This document shows, one piece after another, positions 25,997 to 39,435 of a stretch of 64,000 bases of DNA; position 1 is the stretch's first letter; each line of letters opens with the position of its first letter. Made by a program: the position numbers and the translations under genes. Below the pieces are notes generated by a model. That model was not told where the DNA came from. It worked only from the letters and a program-made list of their open reading frames with translations, and ran no database searches. Source of the stretch: Octopus vulgaris (lineage: Eukaryota); contig CATOCA020000001.1 in assembly GCA_951406725.2 (NCBI GenBank), forward strand, positions 1,178,001-1,242,000, in the 5' to 3' direction.

Positions 25997-28073
25997 CATA
26001 TGGAATGAAAAAACTTAAAGCCAGAAACTTTTCTTTCTGCAATACGATTAAAAACAACCACAAGGCAGAAATCTACGAACGCTGGCTAAACTCTACACCA
26101 ATAATTTTGCCTCGTAAATTCCAACTTAAACGTATTACAAAGAAGATGACAAAGGAAGTGCAGTAGTAGTGATGAATACAGAATACTACAAATATTTAAA
26201 ACTTTCCATGTTGGAAAATAATACTTACTATTAGAAGTTAATACAATACAACCCACAGAAAACCTGCCCTCTTTACTTCAAATTCATGGAAAGCGTCTCA
26301 CTAATCTTGAAATAGACTTTTTATCCAATTTTAAATACAGTCTTAATCTATTCTACGGATTACCCAAAATACATAAAAATCCACACATTTCTCAAGCCTG
26401 CATTTCTACAAGCTTATGCATTAATGCCCCCCCCCTTCTGACCTCAAACTGAGACCCATCATAGCTGGCCCTTCTTGTGAAACCCACCGTTTGAGCAACT
26501 TCCTCGACATCTTACTCAAAACGTTTTATAAAAATATGTGCAAAGACTTATCAGTGATGACCTAGACATGCTGAACCACCTCCCGAATACATTAAAGGAA
26601 GGAACCCTGTTGGTATCTTTCGATGTGGTGAATCTGTACACCAATACCCCACATGACTATGTTTATTCATCTCAGGATGCATAAACCACAGAATCATAAT
26701 CGAAGCACTCAAATTCATCTTGCTGAACAACTATTGATTTGAAAGTAATGCTTAACAACATACATAGCAATATACAGTTCACTATGGAACACAACAGTAA
26801 ACTCCCTTAATTAAAATAGACATCTTAATTAAAATAGTTATCAACCACATAGAAACAGACATCTTTTACAAACCCACAGATTCTAAACAATACCTGTTAT
26901 ATAACTCTTCCTACCCCAAACACATAAAAATTAATATATCTTTTAATCTAGCGAAAATAATTTGTACCATAGTTTCGGATACATATACTGGTGAACAAGA
27001 CTCCTTGAAATTAGATCAACACTAACTAAAAGACATTAAAAGAGCTAAGGAAATAGATATACAAATATTAAGGCATGCCAGCCGAAATACTAAACCAGAC
27101 TTAAAAATACTCCCGTACATTTCCACACATAACCCTAGAAACAACGAAGCCTTCAATATTATCACCCAAAATCTTCCCATCCTCACAGGAGACAAAACAT
27201 CGAACGAAATTTTAAGCTCATACAAAATGCAACTGAAGTCACTATATCCACTAACAGACAAAAGTGAAAAAAATGTGGTCGTCTCAACTGTGGAACATGC
27301 CCCCACATTTTGGATTGTTCAGAATTCCACTTCAAACAAGGTAAAATATTTAAGATCAAATCAAATTTCCCCTGCGCCTCGGACAATCTAATCTATGCAA
27401 TGACATTCTTAGGATTCGGTAACCACTATGTTGGACAAACTGGAATATCACTTCGTCGAAGAACAACCATCCACAAAGAGCAAATCCGCCACCCACAATA
27501 CAGACAGTTACAGCTTAGTGAACACATAGAATCTTAATCCTAATTTCCAAATCTTCCCCCTCTATCAATGTTCACAGAAAACTTCAATGCAACAAAAGTT
27601 GAATAAAGAGGCAATTTTCAACAATAAATATCTTCCATAACTGAATATAAACACATAACTTAATATAGAACACTAATAACCCTTCAATTAACACCATAAA
27701 CACCAATACATTCCTTACACCATTCACATTACAATTCTATATCTAACCTTACTGCACAAAATCCAGAACTACTTACCTCCCTTACAAATAATCTTTTTAC
27801 TCAGGAACTATTAGACCTGACACCACTCATTAGCCGGTGTTCATTCAAAGTAATGAATAGCTTATGACGAAAGCATGGTATGCTTTTTGACTTTTAATCA
27901 TCTCATAATAATGATTTTATGACTCTTATCTGTCGTTACCTTTCATAAAAAGCTTTTTCTTGTTTTATTTACAATGTGCATTTTCGTTAATTTTCATATT
28001 TTGCCCTTATATTTCCACTCGTATTTTCTATTTTCTTCTTGTAACATATTTCTACTATATATGTATGTAGTAG

Positions 28074-28075
<2 letters not shown>
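25997..28075 (+). mobile_element. Penelope-like element family 2 (RT plus GIY-YIG), decayed
   Basis: FYGLPKIHK, LRPIIAGPSCETHRLSNFLDILLK, SFDVVNLYTNTPH, DIFYKPTDSKQYL, CGRLNCGTCP, NHYVGQTG.SLRRR. Confidence 0.9.
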
Positions 28076-28133
<58 letters not shown>

Positions 28134-28145
28134 CAAATTATGTAT

Positions 28146-28199
<54 letters not shown>

Positions 28200-28330
28200 C
28201 AGTAACAACAATTAAGTTTCAAGTGAGTTCCAATGAATTCACATGAATGCGGTACTTAACTTAGTTGCAACAGAAATCTATATGGTATTAACCATAAAAT
28301 AATGTGGGGTGATTATAAAGAAGAAAAAAG

Positions 28331-28690
28331 CAACAAGAATGGATTAGTTGTTCAGTACAATTGTTTCATACGAAGAACAGCTTTATTAAAAGCTGCAAAT
28401 ATTGCAGCAAATACAAGTGTCCCGTAAAGCAAAGTTAGATTGTAAGCAGACTTCAACAGTGTGCATCATTAGAGAACTTTTGAAGTCTGCTTACAATCTA
28501 ACTTTGCTTTTTATTGAACGCTCTTCGATACTTCATGAGTGTAGCCTCACTCCTAGGATGTTTGGAAAACTCATATGTGTTTTGGCTGATGAATACGAGA
28601 CACTTGTATTTGCTGCAATATTTGCAGTTTTTAATAAAGCTGTTCTTCGTATGAAACAATTGTACTGAACAACTAATCCATTCTTGTTGT
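28331..28690. repeat. Nested inverted-repeat cassette
   Basis: Outer ~90-bp near-perfect arms (28331-28425 / 28592-28690); inner 31-bp arms AAAGCAAAGTTAGATTGTAAGCAGACTTCAA / TTGAAGTCTGCTTACAATCTAACTTTGCTTT. Confidence 0.92.
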
Positions 28691-28696
28691 TTTTTT

Positions 28697-28760
<64 letters not shown>

Positions 28761-29474
28761 CATACATACATGCATACATACATACGTACATACTTACATA
28801 TATACATACATACATACATACATACATACATACACACATACGCTATATATACACTATATAGATTCGGGTGTATGTGTTTTTTTGTGTTTTTAGACCTGCG
28901 AGCCTCTGAAACTTTGCGTCCTCGACTAAAACGAATTTGCTTTTCAAAATCCGATTCCCAAGGTAAACATCCTCCATAAAATATAATAAATATCATTATC
29001 CTCCACGTGAAATAACCCAACTTTGAGATCTGAACCTCCCACTCTATATCTTTCACTACCCATGTATCTCATATTTGCCATATTATTTGATGCTCTCTCT
29101 CTCTCTCGCTCTCCCTCTCTCTCTGTATGTGAATTAAAATTCAATCATTGCTTCCATTTTGTTTAAAATCTCCTACTTCTACTTTATGATACAAGTGTTC
29201 ACACACAAACAGCTTAGCTTCCAAATCTTGTTTTCTGGGTAAAAATGATAATACTTCGAACCTCTGATGTGTTTTCTAAACTTTTTTCCAAATAAATCAA
29301 TAAATTTCAAAATTTCCACATACTTTTCAAATTTCAAATTCTGTGACACAAATCGAAAAGTTCGCGCTCTGCTTATTTCTATCCTTTTCTCATAGTAAAC
29401 CTTCCCACACTTTATGAAAGTATACCACTCACACTAACTGCGTGTTTTGTTCCCAATGTGCGTCATGTTCCTAA

Positions 29475-29607
<133 letters not shown>

Positions 29608-29639
29608 AAAAAATGAAGTTCGAAAATGCTGCTGTATTA

Positions 29640-30099
29640 TACAATTTTTTATTTTTATATATACATTATAACATGTTTCAGTTCCTGAAATGAACCTTAT
29701 CAAAAAAAGTTATATATAAAAAAAGACAGCTCATGCCGTCAAACACAAGAAATTCATTTATAATACACAACGGAGTGAGACATCTTAGAGTTCATGTATA
29801 GTTGATATATAGTTCATGTATAGTTGATATATAGTTTGAAGTATATGTTCAAAGTGTTCGATGCAGTGGCCCACGGTGGCGATACGTATTCAATACAAAA
29901 AACAGATCAAAGTGGTGGAAAGCGGTCAATACAGAAGATTGATGTTTCCGAAAGAGCGAGGAGTTCATTTTTACCTTAAGCAATTGTGATGACCCATGGT
30001 GGATGTTCGCTGGGTGGTTCTAGTGGGTTTTGTGAAGTGCTCGGTTTTATAATGCCTGTTAGGTGGTCAATCTAGCGTAGCGTGACGTCATCAACGTTT

Positions 30100-30100
<1 letters not shown>
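29640..30100 (-). mobile_element. Probable PLE 3' remnant with hammerhead-like motif
   Basis: Minus strand near 29705-29668 reads TTGATAA-GGTTC-ATTTCAG-GAACT-GAAAC-AT-GTT; bounded by (TA)n tracts. Confidence 0.45.
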
Positions 30101-30158
<58 letters not shown>

Positions 30159-30312
30159 TATGTGTGTGTGTGTGTGCCATCGTGTCTGCGTGTGTGGATT
30201 TTAAGAATGAGTTCGTATGTTTGAGTGTATACCAATGAGCATGAGAATTATATTATACTTGTATATATATACATATATATATGTATATATATATATACAT
30301 ATATATATGTAT

Positions 30313-30430
<118 letters not shown>

Positions 30431-31286
30431 AATTAAGAGTTTAATTATAATGTCTTCACTTACGTTGTAAATTTATTTTATGCTATATAGACCTGAAGAG
30501 TAGCTCTGTATCATTGGATCGAATATAAATTTTTCAGATTATCGATTTTGATAATGTCGATTTAAATATATTGTCACGAAACGCGCCTCGTCGATTTAAT
30601 GTGCATAATTTAGTATAGTATGTTTTGGTATATTATTAATAATATACTTATATTTATATTTTATTATAGATAATTACTTTATGGGTCTGTCTCTTAATTG
30701 TATATATATATATATATATACATATGTGTGTGTGTGTAAACACACCCATATATATATACATGCATACGTATATCTATGCACACGAGTATATATCACACTC
30801 ACATACACACTCACATACACACTCACATACATACAGTCACGCATACACATATATAAAGAATATTATCTTCCAATTATTCAAGTCATTAATCAGCAACCAT
30901 GCTGGCAACACTCCTAGAAGTTATTTTATTCGAATATATTGTCCACGGTATTTAAATTTTGAAAGTCTGTGACTAATTATATCGTTTTTTTTAGGAACTG
31001 TTAAGTTACGGGGACGGAATATCTCCAGAGACTATTACACCAACTGTAATTAAAGCTCACACACACACATATACCCATGTATATACGTAAGACAGGCCTC
31101 TTTCAGTTTCTGAAAACAAAATCGAATCATGACACGAGTATATAGAATTGGACACTTGGTGAAGGCAGCACATATTAACATTGACCACTACTCCATGTGG
31201 TTGGAAATCAAGCTTCTTATTACGCAGACACGCCATTGACTTTATACACACATACACTTATATAGATATACATATACATTTATATA

Positions 31287-31344
<58 letters not shown>

Positions 31345-32425
31345 ACGCTCAAGTGGTCACACCTGTTTTATCCTGCTTTAAACACCTACACATTGGACTT
31401 ACAACTGCCTGAACTTCTGCAACCAGCAGATTTTATTGAATTTTTTCTTGAATTTTTTGCAACCCTATATTGATAAATTAATAATTTTTGACTAATTCTG
31501 AAATTGTATCGGCAGTTTATATTTGCTACGGAGTAGTTGGCGCGGTTTCGTTGGATTTCGAAAAATTAGGATATATTTACTCGGGGCTTCAGTGGTGTCA
31601 CCTCGTGTGTATATGTTCGCCTTTTCTTTTGGAGACTTTGCTGATGAAATAAGCCAATCGTAAACGGATTTAATTTAATTTCATTAAGTTCGATTGCGTA
31701 AAAATTGTTGAAACCTTGCAGGGTACAAAGTTGAAAGGGACAAATGTTTTTATTTCTCCTTTAGCTTTCAGAATTACTACTATTTTTGCGGTTTGAGTTT
31801 GGCTGCTCTTTTCAAGTGAGTTGAACGACCTGTAAGGGTCATTCCTTAATATTTTTGTTGTATATATATATATATATATATATATATTCCGTATGTATTC
31901 CAAAACCGAATTACAGATTTTGACGTATGGGGTTTCACATGTTACAGATAAATTCCTCTATTTACATAATACTGAGTTCCCATTCATTCTTTTGTTTGCA
32001 TACCGCTACTATTAATATATATATGTAGGAGAATGGATATAATCAAAGTAGATAGCCAATGACAAGGCTGGATCCTTCAGATGGTAGGTTTTACGCAAAA
32101 TATCCTTTAGGTCCCAACCGATGTAACAGTTTATTTTTTGGCAACGTAGATATACAGTCTAATCATTATTAGACTGTTGAAATAATAACTCGCGTAATAA
32201 TGGGATTGAGTTTGTATATTCAAATTCTTAATTCTCTGTCTCTCTCTCACTCTTTCTTTCTTTCATTCTATCTTTCTTTCTTTCTCTCTTTCGCTTTCTC
32301 TCTCACTCTCTCTCTCTATACATATATACTTATTAATTGAAGATATACTCATTAAAATGTTATTTGTTATAAACATTTATATATGTATATGTTAGGATGC
32401 GTGTGTGTATGTACATGTATATATA

Positions 32426-35000
32426 AAGAAAAATTGAATTCCAGATTGGGGACATCAGGGAGAGAGAGGTGAATGACTTCCTAAGAAAAGCTAGAGCAAA
32501 GAGTGCCCCAGGAGGTGATGGCGTCTCATATAAAGTCTACAAGTACTGCAATCGTCTGAGAAAGAAGCTCTTCGTCGTACTCCGAAAACTGTGGCGCGAG
32601 GAGACTATAGTAGAGGATTGGTGTAATATACCTGCCGAAAGAGACCAATGCAAAGACCATAAAACAGTTAAGGCCGATATCCTTATTGAATGTGGAAGGC
32701 AAGATTTTTATGGGAATTCCGTCGAGGAGAACAGTGACATATTTACAGAGTAACGGATATGTTGATGAATATGTTCAAAAGGCCGGAATCCCCGGGATCC
32801 CTGGATGCGTTGAAGACTGTTTTTCGATTTGGAAAGCGATCCAGGACGCCAAACAGAACAAGTAAAGTCTGAACGTGGTAAGGCACGACCTAGCTAACGC
32901 TTATTTTTCAGTGCCACACGAATTACTAATAACAGCCATGAACCACTTTCATATTCCTGACAAAGTGATAAAAATAATGTGGATGTACTATGACAGTTTC
33001 GAGGTTGGCATTGCTGCTGGCTGTACAATATCTGTCACATTGTTTATCTTCGTCATGGAGTTGGTTTTGAAAGGTGTAGATTTTCCGGAACAAATCGCCC
33101 ATGTTCAATCGCCTAAGAAAGCCTTCATGGATGACGTGTCACTTCTAGCTACAGATAAACAAATCATGCAGAATGCCCTCTTGAGATTAGACGAACTTGT
33201 AAGGGCGTCAAGGATGCGATTTAGAGCAAAAAACTCGCGTAGTCTGACATTTGTTAAGGGAGTGCAGAAAGAATTTAAGTTCCGGATATCTGAAGAAAGC
33301 ATTCCAACAGTCAAGGAAGAGCCCGTCAAGAGCTTGGGACGAGTATACGCTGGAACATTGTCAGACAGAAGTCATGGGATTGAAATTATGAAACAGGCCG
33401 AGGCTGGGTTATCAGCGATTGATAATTCGAAGTTACCAGGTAAATATAAAATTTGGTGCTTGCAGTTCGGCTTGTACCCGCGACTTGCGTGGCCACTTTT
33501 AATATACGAAGTAGCATTGTCACGAGTTGAAAGCGTTGAACAAAAATGTAATGTGTTCATTAGAAAGTGGCTTGGCCTACCTCGTATGTTGAACAGCTCA
33601 GCTCTTTATCGTAAAAGAGGTTCGTTGCAGCTGCCAATAGCATCAATAGTCGAAATATATAAGCTGGGGAAGATACGGACGGTCATGATGCTGAGAGAAT
33701 TGAAGGATATGGAAATCAGGCGTAACCCACCAGAGATGAACACAGCCAGGAAGTGGAAAGCAGAAGCAGAAACTGACGACATTTTGTCTTCTCTTATACA
33801 CAGAGATATGGTGGGAGCAACGTAGAATCATCGGAAAGGACTTGGTTTTGGCGCAGATCAATTCAGACCGTTTGCAAGCATGATGCGGAGTGAACGCAGA
33901 TCTGTTGTTAGCAACAGCTCAAAACAAGAGAAGCAGAGAGAAGAGAGCTTCATTTGATCCGATGTATTCATCAAGGTCAGATGACGAGATGGGAAGAACA
34001 TGTTGTTGAGAGCAAGATAAGTTGGGATGAGATGTGAAAGTGGACGACATCTCGGCTGAGTTTCCTGATTCGTTCATCTTATGATGTTTTGCCATCACCT
34101 ACGAATCTAGTAAGATGGAACGTCTTAGAGAATGACATCTGCAAATGTGGAAAGGTCGGTACACTAAAACATATTCTTTCCAACTGTTCATTAGCATTGA
34201 ACAGGTATACATGGAGGCACAACTTGGTCCTTCAGGTTATCTTCAATGCTATAAAGAACAAAATTCATCTCAACAACACTGAGGAAAAACCGTTGAAAGT
34301 ACCATCAAGAGATTTCATTACCTTCGTGCGACCAGGTCAGCGGATCCGTTTCAAGAAGAAGATCAAGAAACTTCCTGAGAAAAATGAAAAGTGGAACGGC
34401 TATTGGGAGGTAACAGCAGATTTACCTGGGTTCCAGGTTTCCTTTCCCATCCCAGTTTCGAAAAAAACAGATATTTTGATGTGGTGTGAAAGAAAGAAAG
34501 TTGTAAATATAGTCGAGCTAACGGTTCCTCATGAAGATAATATGGACGCCGCTCGGGCTCGAAAATTGAGCCGTTATGAAAACCTCCTCGAGGAATGTGA
34601 AGACGCAGGCTGGAAAGTGGAACATTTTCCTAGCGAAGTCGGATGTAGAGGGTTTGTTGGATACAGCGTGAGACGACTGTTGTTATCGCTAGGCCTAACT
34701 CATCGTAAAGTCAATACCACCATGACTGATATCCAATCTACAGTGGAGAAGGCTAGCCACTGGATTAGGTTAACAAGAGACGATGAGCGATGGCTAGAAG
34801 TATATTGAGTTTAACTTCATAACCAGCTGATCTAGCAAGCGGGGCCTCATATCAGTGAGGGGGGCCGGTGCGCATTGATGCCGTCGAGAGTTAGGCCCCG
34901 AAACGGCGTTCATTCTCTCCTGATGACCCATACACATGCTAGCTTCCGGTATACTGAGCTTTTAACTGGTAGCACTTGCATGTGTATGTTGTTTGCAAGA
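32426..35000 (+). mobile_element. HERO-clade non-LTR retrotransposon (RT, zinc knuckle, restriction-like endonuclease), 5'-truncated
   Basis: KSAPGGDG, DLANAYFSVPH, GIAAGCTIS, AFMDDV, CKCGKVGTLKHILSNC, RYTWRHN, TDILMW..ELTVPHEDN..RK..Y, EVGCRGF. Absent from copy A; 12-bp TSD CATGTATATATA (32414) / CATATATATATA (35001). Confidence 0.92.
34861..34926 (+). ncRNA. Candidate non-circularly permuted hammerhead ribozyme in the HERO 3' UTR
   Basis: GGGGCC/GGCCCC, ATGCCGT/ACGGCGT and GAGAG/CTCTC helices surround the GUC, GAAAC and CUGAUGA core elements. Confidence 0.7.
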
Positions 35001-37559
35001 CATATATATATATTCAAATAAATGCTCTCTCTCTGATCCACAGGTCCAGTTCACAGATCCTTGATGATCCTACTAATGGACAGTAAAGACACAGGAAACC
35101 TAGAAAAAAACCTCTATGAATAAATTATGTAAATGTCCCGCCCTGTGATTTTTATTTGTTCCTCAAGATGAAGGAGTTGAAGGGGACTGTAACAGGGGTC
35201 CTGGAGACACTCCCTTTCAGATGAGATTTCAGCTTAGATTTGTAGATTATTTTTCGAAAGCTGCACCGTGAGAGGTTCCACAGCTAAATGTGCCCCTTGG
35301 TTATCCAAACGATAATCGATGCGAGATGAAGAACTGATTTTAGTATACGTCATTTACGCAATTCGGTAGCTTAATAACACCTACGTTTCATAGGTCCGAA
35401 GACGACAGTAGTAATACAGTTTGGAAACATGGCGGTTCTGTCCACTGACATGACAGATGTTCCTCTATGGAGCATCATGTCTATGTTACCGTTGGTGAAT
35501 GAATGAGGTTCAAACTAAGAATACGTCTGTCATATTGTTTCCTATGGCTTCAACTCTATGCGTAAATTGAATGAAGTATGGGTGTTATGCCTTGCCAAAG
35601 TGCAATCCGTGTTTGGTCCAGTGCAATGTTTCATCCATATTAAGCATACCCAAACCCTAAACCTAACACTATATTTAGAGGATGTTACCTATTCTATCGC
35701 GTACAGTATACTCATATACAACAACAAGCTATAGAAGAGTACCTCTCTGTTAAATAATTTTGCTGAATTCAAATGTGGAATCCATTTTTTAGGATTACGT
35801 CTAGATTTCAAGATACCCAAACCCTCACTTTTCACTATTTTCCTCATATTTAAGGGGAAATATATTGGGAAATGTAGTACGAATGTCTATTATGGTTTAT
35901 CGATTATTTTATTAAAGGTCTGGTGTAAACATCAGGTAATGAAATAATGGCCGCAGCGAGCATTAGTCCCAGGGTATTTTAATGTGAATTAACAGACTTT
36001 AGTTCAGCCGGAGAAAAATCATCCAACATCCATGTCTTATCAAGGCAGATTGTAACTAAATACGATGCTGGGATATTGAGGATCAGCACTGAAGAAAACC
36101 ATTCAAACACAAATTCATGAAAAAATAGGCATGAACAATAATGCAAACTGTCTGTAGAAATTTTGAGATATTTGCTAGCTTTTCAGTAGAAGTTAAAAGT
36201 CCTAGCTTTGAAGACAATGCAATTTCTATGTATATTAGTACGTTCTTCATAAGCTGGTTTATTCGAAAACAAAACAAAGACATTCTCTGGATCCAGTATC
36301 TTACAATTCTGATGTGATCGTATTAAATTGATGTCCGTTTCGGATTCTGTGTGTCAAAAGACTCCCAGTTCGTCTCCAGTTCTTTCCTTCGCCTGACGAT
36401 ATTTCCAAATTATTGTCTTGAATAAAGTTCAAATTGTTTATACACCAAGAACGGGGATTTATATTTTCATACCATTGAATTCTGACAGATTTCATATATT
36501 CTTTCGAATAGGAGTAAAGCAGGCTTGAAACCGATTCACAGGATGACCAAGTCTAGAGGGAAGGAGAAAAGATGGTATTCTTCAACTGAAGAATGTTTAA
36601 GACAATATGGACTTCACTAAAGGCACTTAAAATTACTAGGTGGCGGTTTTGAACAGATATGTGGTTTAAGACTACCATTGAAATAGGCCATTAGAGACAG
36701 AGAAAGGATACAGCATAGCCGTGAAAATGGTGTTGAAACACGGTCATTTGTAATGGGCTGAAGATTAGACAAGTGTCCCTCACAATCTTACTTGTAAACT
36801 TAACCTTCGCTGGGCATTATTAGCAGTGAAGATATTTCTTGGCGAAAGTAGATCCTTTGCATAGCTAGTACAATATCTTAAAGTCCAATCCTTCTTTTTG
36901 CAGCCAAAACTTCAGACCATTTACAATGCTCAAGTGAAACACACAATGAAGAAACCTTTCTACATCTGGAACGGTGATACACATCCGGGATTGCATCGAA
37001 AGAAGGGTGACGTGGCTAAATTTTACTCTATCCCTAATAGACATACTCTAACAGCTATCTCGCAGGCAGGATATCTCTTCTCTTTGTTTTGACACTATCA
37101 CTGTCATGCTACAGTTTCGTGTAGGAGTTGGCTGAGCCCTTGACCCCACCAAGCAGGTACTACCGACTCACTCGTCTATTCCTTTGCTCCTCGATCTTAA
37201 ACCTCAGTTCGTTTTCAGTATGAACCACTGTGCTAAACACTTCAACCCCTTCATCAATCCTGCAAATGTTGGCCTGTAGCAGCTTAAACGGAACGTCCAT
37301 GGTATCTATCTCAGATTTCATTCAATTCGCGCTTAAATTATGAAAGATGAAAATACCTAACTTATTAAACAGAACATTGACTTTGCCATTCCACATCTTC
37401 AGATTTACGAGGTTTAAAGAATAACATTAACAAAACATTGCTATTTGCGTTACATTAGGATTTCTCAAATGTTTAAAACGTTCCAAATTTATTGACAAAT
37501 GGGACTGATCGAATGAATCGATCCACTTTAGTATTTGAATATTTGATTAAAACTTGAAG

Positions 37560-38255
37560 TGATTAATGCTGTGATGCGAAGAGCGAGAGAAAAGATGGAG
37601 TAGAGGGAAAAAGCGGGTAAGGTGAAGAGCGAGAGAAAAACAGGTAAAGAGAAAAGGAGGGAGAGAAAAAGAGGGTTAGAGAAGCGTCTATGACGTGTGG
37701 TAGGGGGAACGTAATAGTTATTACGTGGTTAAAAATGTTAGTTGAAGGTAGTGATATAGAGGAGAGTGAGAAACAGAATTGTAGCAGAGGATCGATGTTC
37801 TGATGGTGAGATTAAAGATAGGCAGAGAAAGAGAGAAAGAGAGAGAGAGATGATGATGATGATGAATGTGTTGGTGGTGTTAGTGGTGGTGGTGGGGGTT
37901 GCGTTAGTGAGTGTATGCGAAGAGTGTAATGTTTGTAATTGATATATTTTTTAATACCACCTATTACTTAAAGCATGCGCATAAGTGCAGTCGTCTGCTC
38001 GCTTGAAAAATGTTATTTGTTTATAAACCAAAGATGAGAGACGATGTAATCGAACAACAGAAAGAATGAAACCAAATGGGCAATGGCACCAAGAGAAGCA
38101 GAGGGTCTTATCCAGAAGGACTGAAGGTGTTTTAAAACGACAATTATGTAGAATATACAATTTATAAAGGAGCGCTAATTTTTATGTCTCCACATAAACT
38201 TACAACCATCTAAAAACTTTCGCATTTGCCGCGGAATTTCTACGGGTGCTCCTAA
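37560..38255 (+). mobile_element. Internally deleted Helitron derivative
   Basis: 5' part resembles 16140-16520; ends in hairpin CCGCGGAA/TTCTACGG followed by CTAA-T (CTRR-type 3' end) at 38252-38255. Confidence 0.5.
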
Positions 38256-38648
38256 TGTATTAAAGAATTACTCTGTTTATGCTGCTCCATCTCTCCAGAC
38301 GTGAAATCTTTTAAAAACACTTAAACATTACATAAGTTTTCAGGTGAATCGAGACATATTCATCAGCAGAAACTTCACCTGAACTTGCATAATTTTTTAG
38401 CACTAAAAATTGATATGTGTTTATTGTTTGTGATGGTGTAAATTTCACTTATGACATTCTATTACAAATACAATTTTCTTAAGTTGCTCATACAACACTT
38501 TTTCGCATTCTTCATTTACGTATTTTAAGAATTTGACAGTTTGAGCGCATCTCTTTATTATCTGCACTTTAAACCATCAGTATAACTTTTAATTGCATAA
38601 ATAATTATTTAATCTCTCTCTCTGTCTCTCTAAATATATATATATATA

Positions 38649-38715
38649 CTAGCTGAAGGTAACCCGCTCTACGCGCGGGTAAGAGTGTGGTATATATATA
38701 TATATAAATGTATAC

Positions 38716-38777
<62 letters not shown>

Positions 38778-39197
38778 CAGATATATAAACTTTGTATATA
38801 TAGATATTTATATATTTAAATATTTATATATAGATACACACACACACATATATAAATTAACCCAATAAATATCTGTGAAGCGATGTAGAACGTCGTTTGA
38901 CGAATCGACGTTATATATAGAAAAAGTGATGGGAAGGGAGAAAATTTTGAGTGAGTGAGGAAGACAGATACATAAAAGAATGGGAGTGGACTTGCCAAAG
39001 TGGGTTTTTGGCCCTGGCAACAACACCACTTAAAATAGGGATTTCTAACGTAGTCCACTGGTGTCGTCACCGCATTCTACATGTCCCTGTACATTTTGGA
39101 GTCAATCCGGCGGGATGTAGTGGCGTGAAAGCGGGCCAAGCGGTCGAGTCAAACAATCAAACAAACAAACTTTTCGCATTTCAGTTTTATAAATAGA
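38649..39197 (-). mobile_element. Complete non-autonomous Helitron (~550 bp)
   Basis: Minus strand: A|TCTATTTATAAAACTG...(TTTG)n...ACCCGC-GCGTAGA-GCGGGT-TACCTTCAG-CTAG|T. This shows a 5' TC, subterminal hairpin, 3' CTAG and AT target with no TSD. Confidence 0.88.
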
Positions 39198-39207
39198 TAT
39201 ATATATA

Positions 39208-39392
39208 CAGGCGTAAGAATGTCTGTGCGGTAAGTAGCTTGCTTACGAACCACATGGTTCCGGCTTCAGTCCCACCGTGTGATACCTTAGTCAAGTGTCT
39301 TCTGTTATAGCCTCGGGCCGACCAAAGACTTGTGAGTAGATTTGGTAGACGGAAACTGAAAGAAGCCCGTCGTATATAAGTGTATATATATG

Positions 39393-39435
<43 letters not shown>

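Larger units (their letters stand above)
10751..26660 (+). repeat. Segmental duplication, copy A (may extend to ~31880)
   Basis: Colinear with 31885-36150 and 51244-64000, including non-coding spacers and junctions between unrelated elements. A 60-bp spot check at the left edge showed 6 mismatches. Confidence 0.95.

Noticed and set aside
31641-31670. CTGATGA hammerhead box (similar weak hits near 35060-35105 and 46320-46335)
   Set aside because: No convincing combination of stem II, GAAA and stem III/UH could be built.
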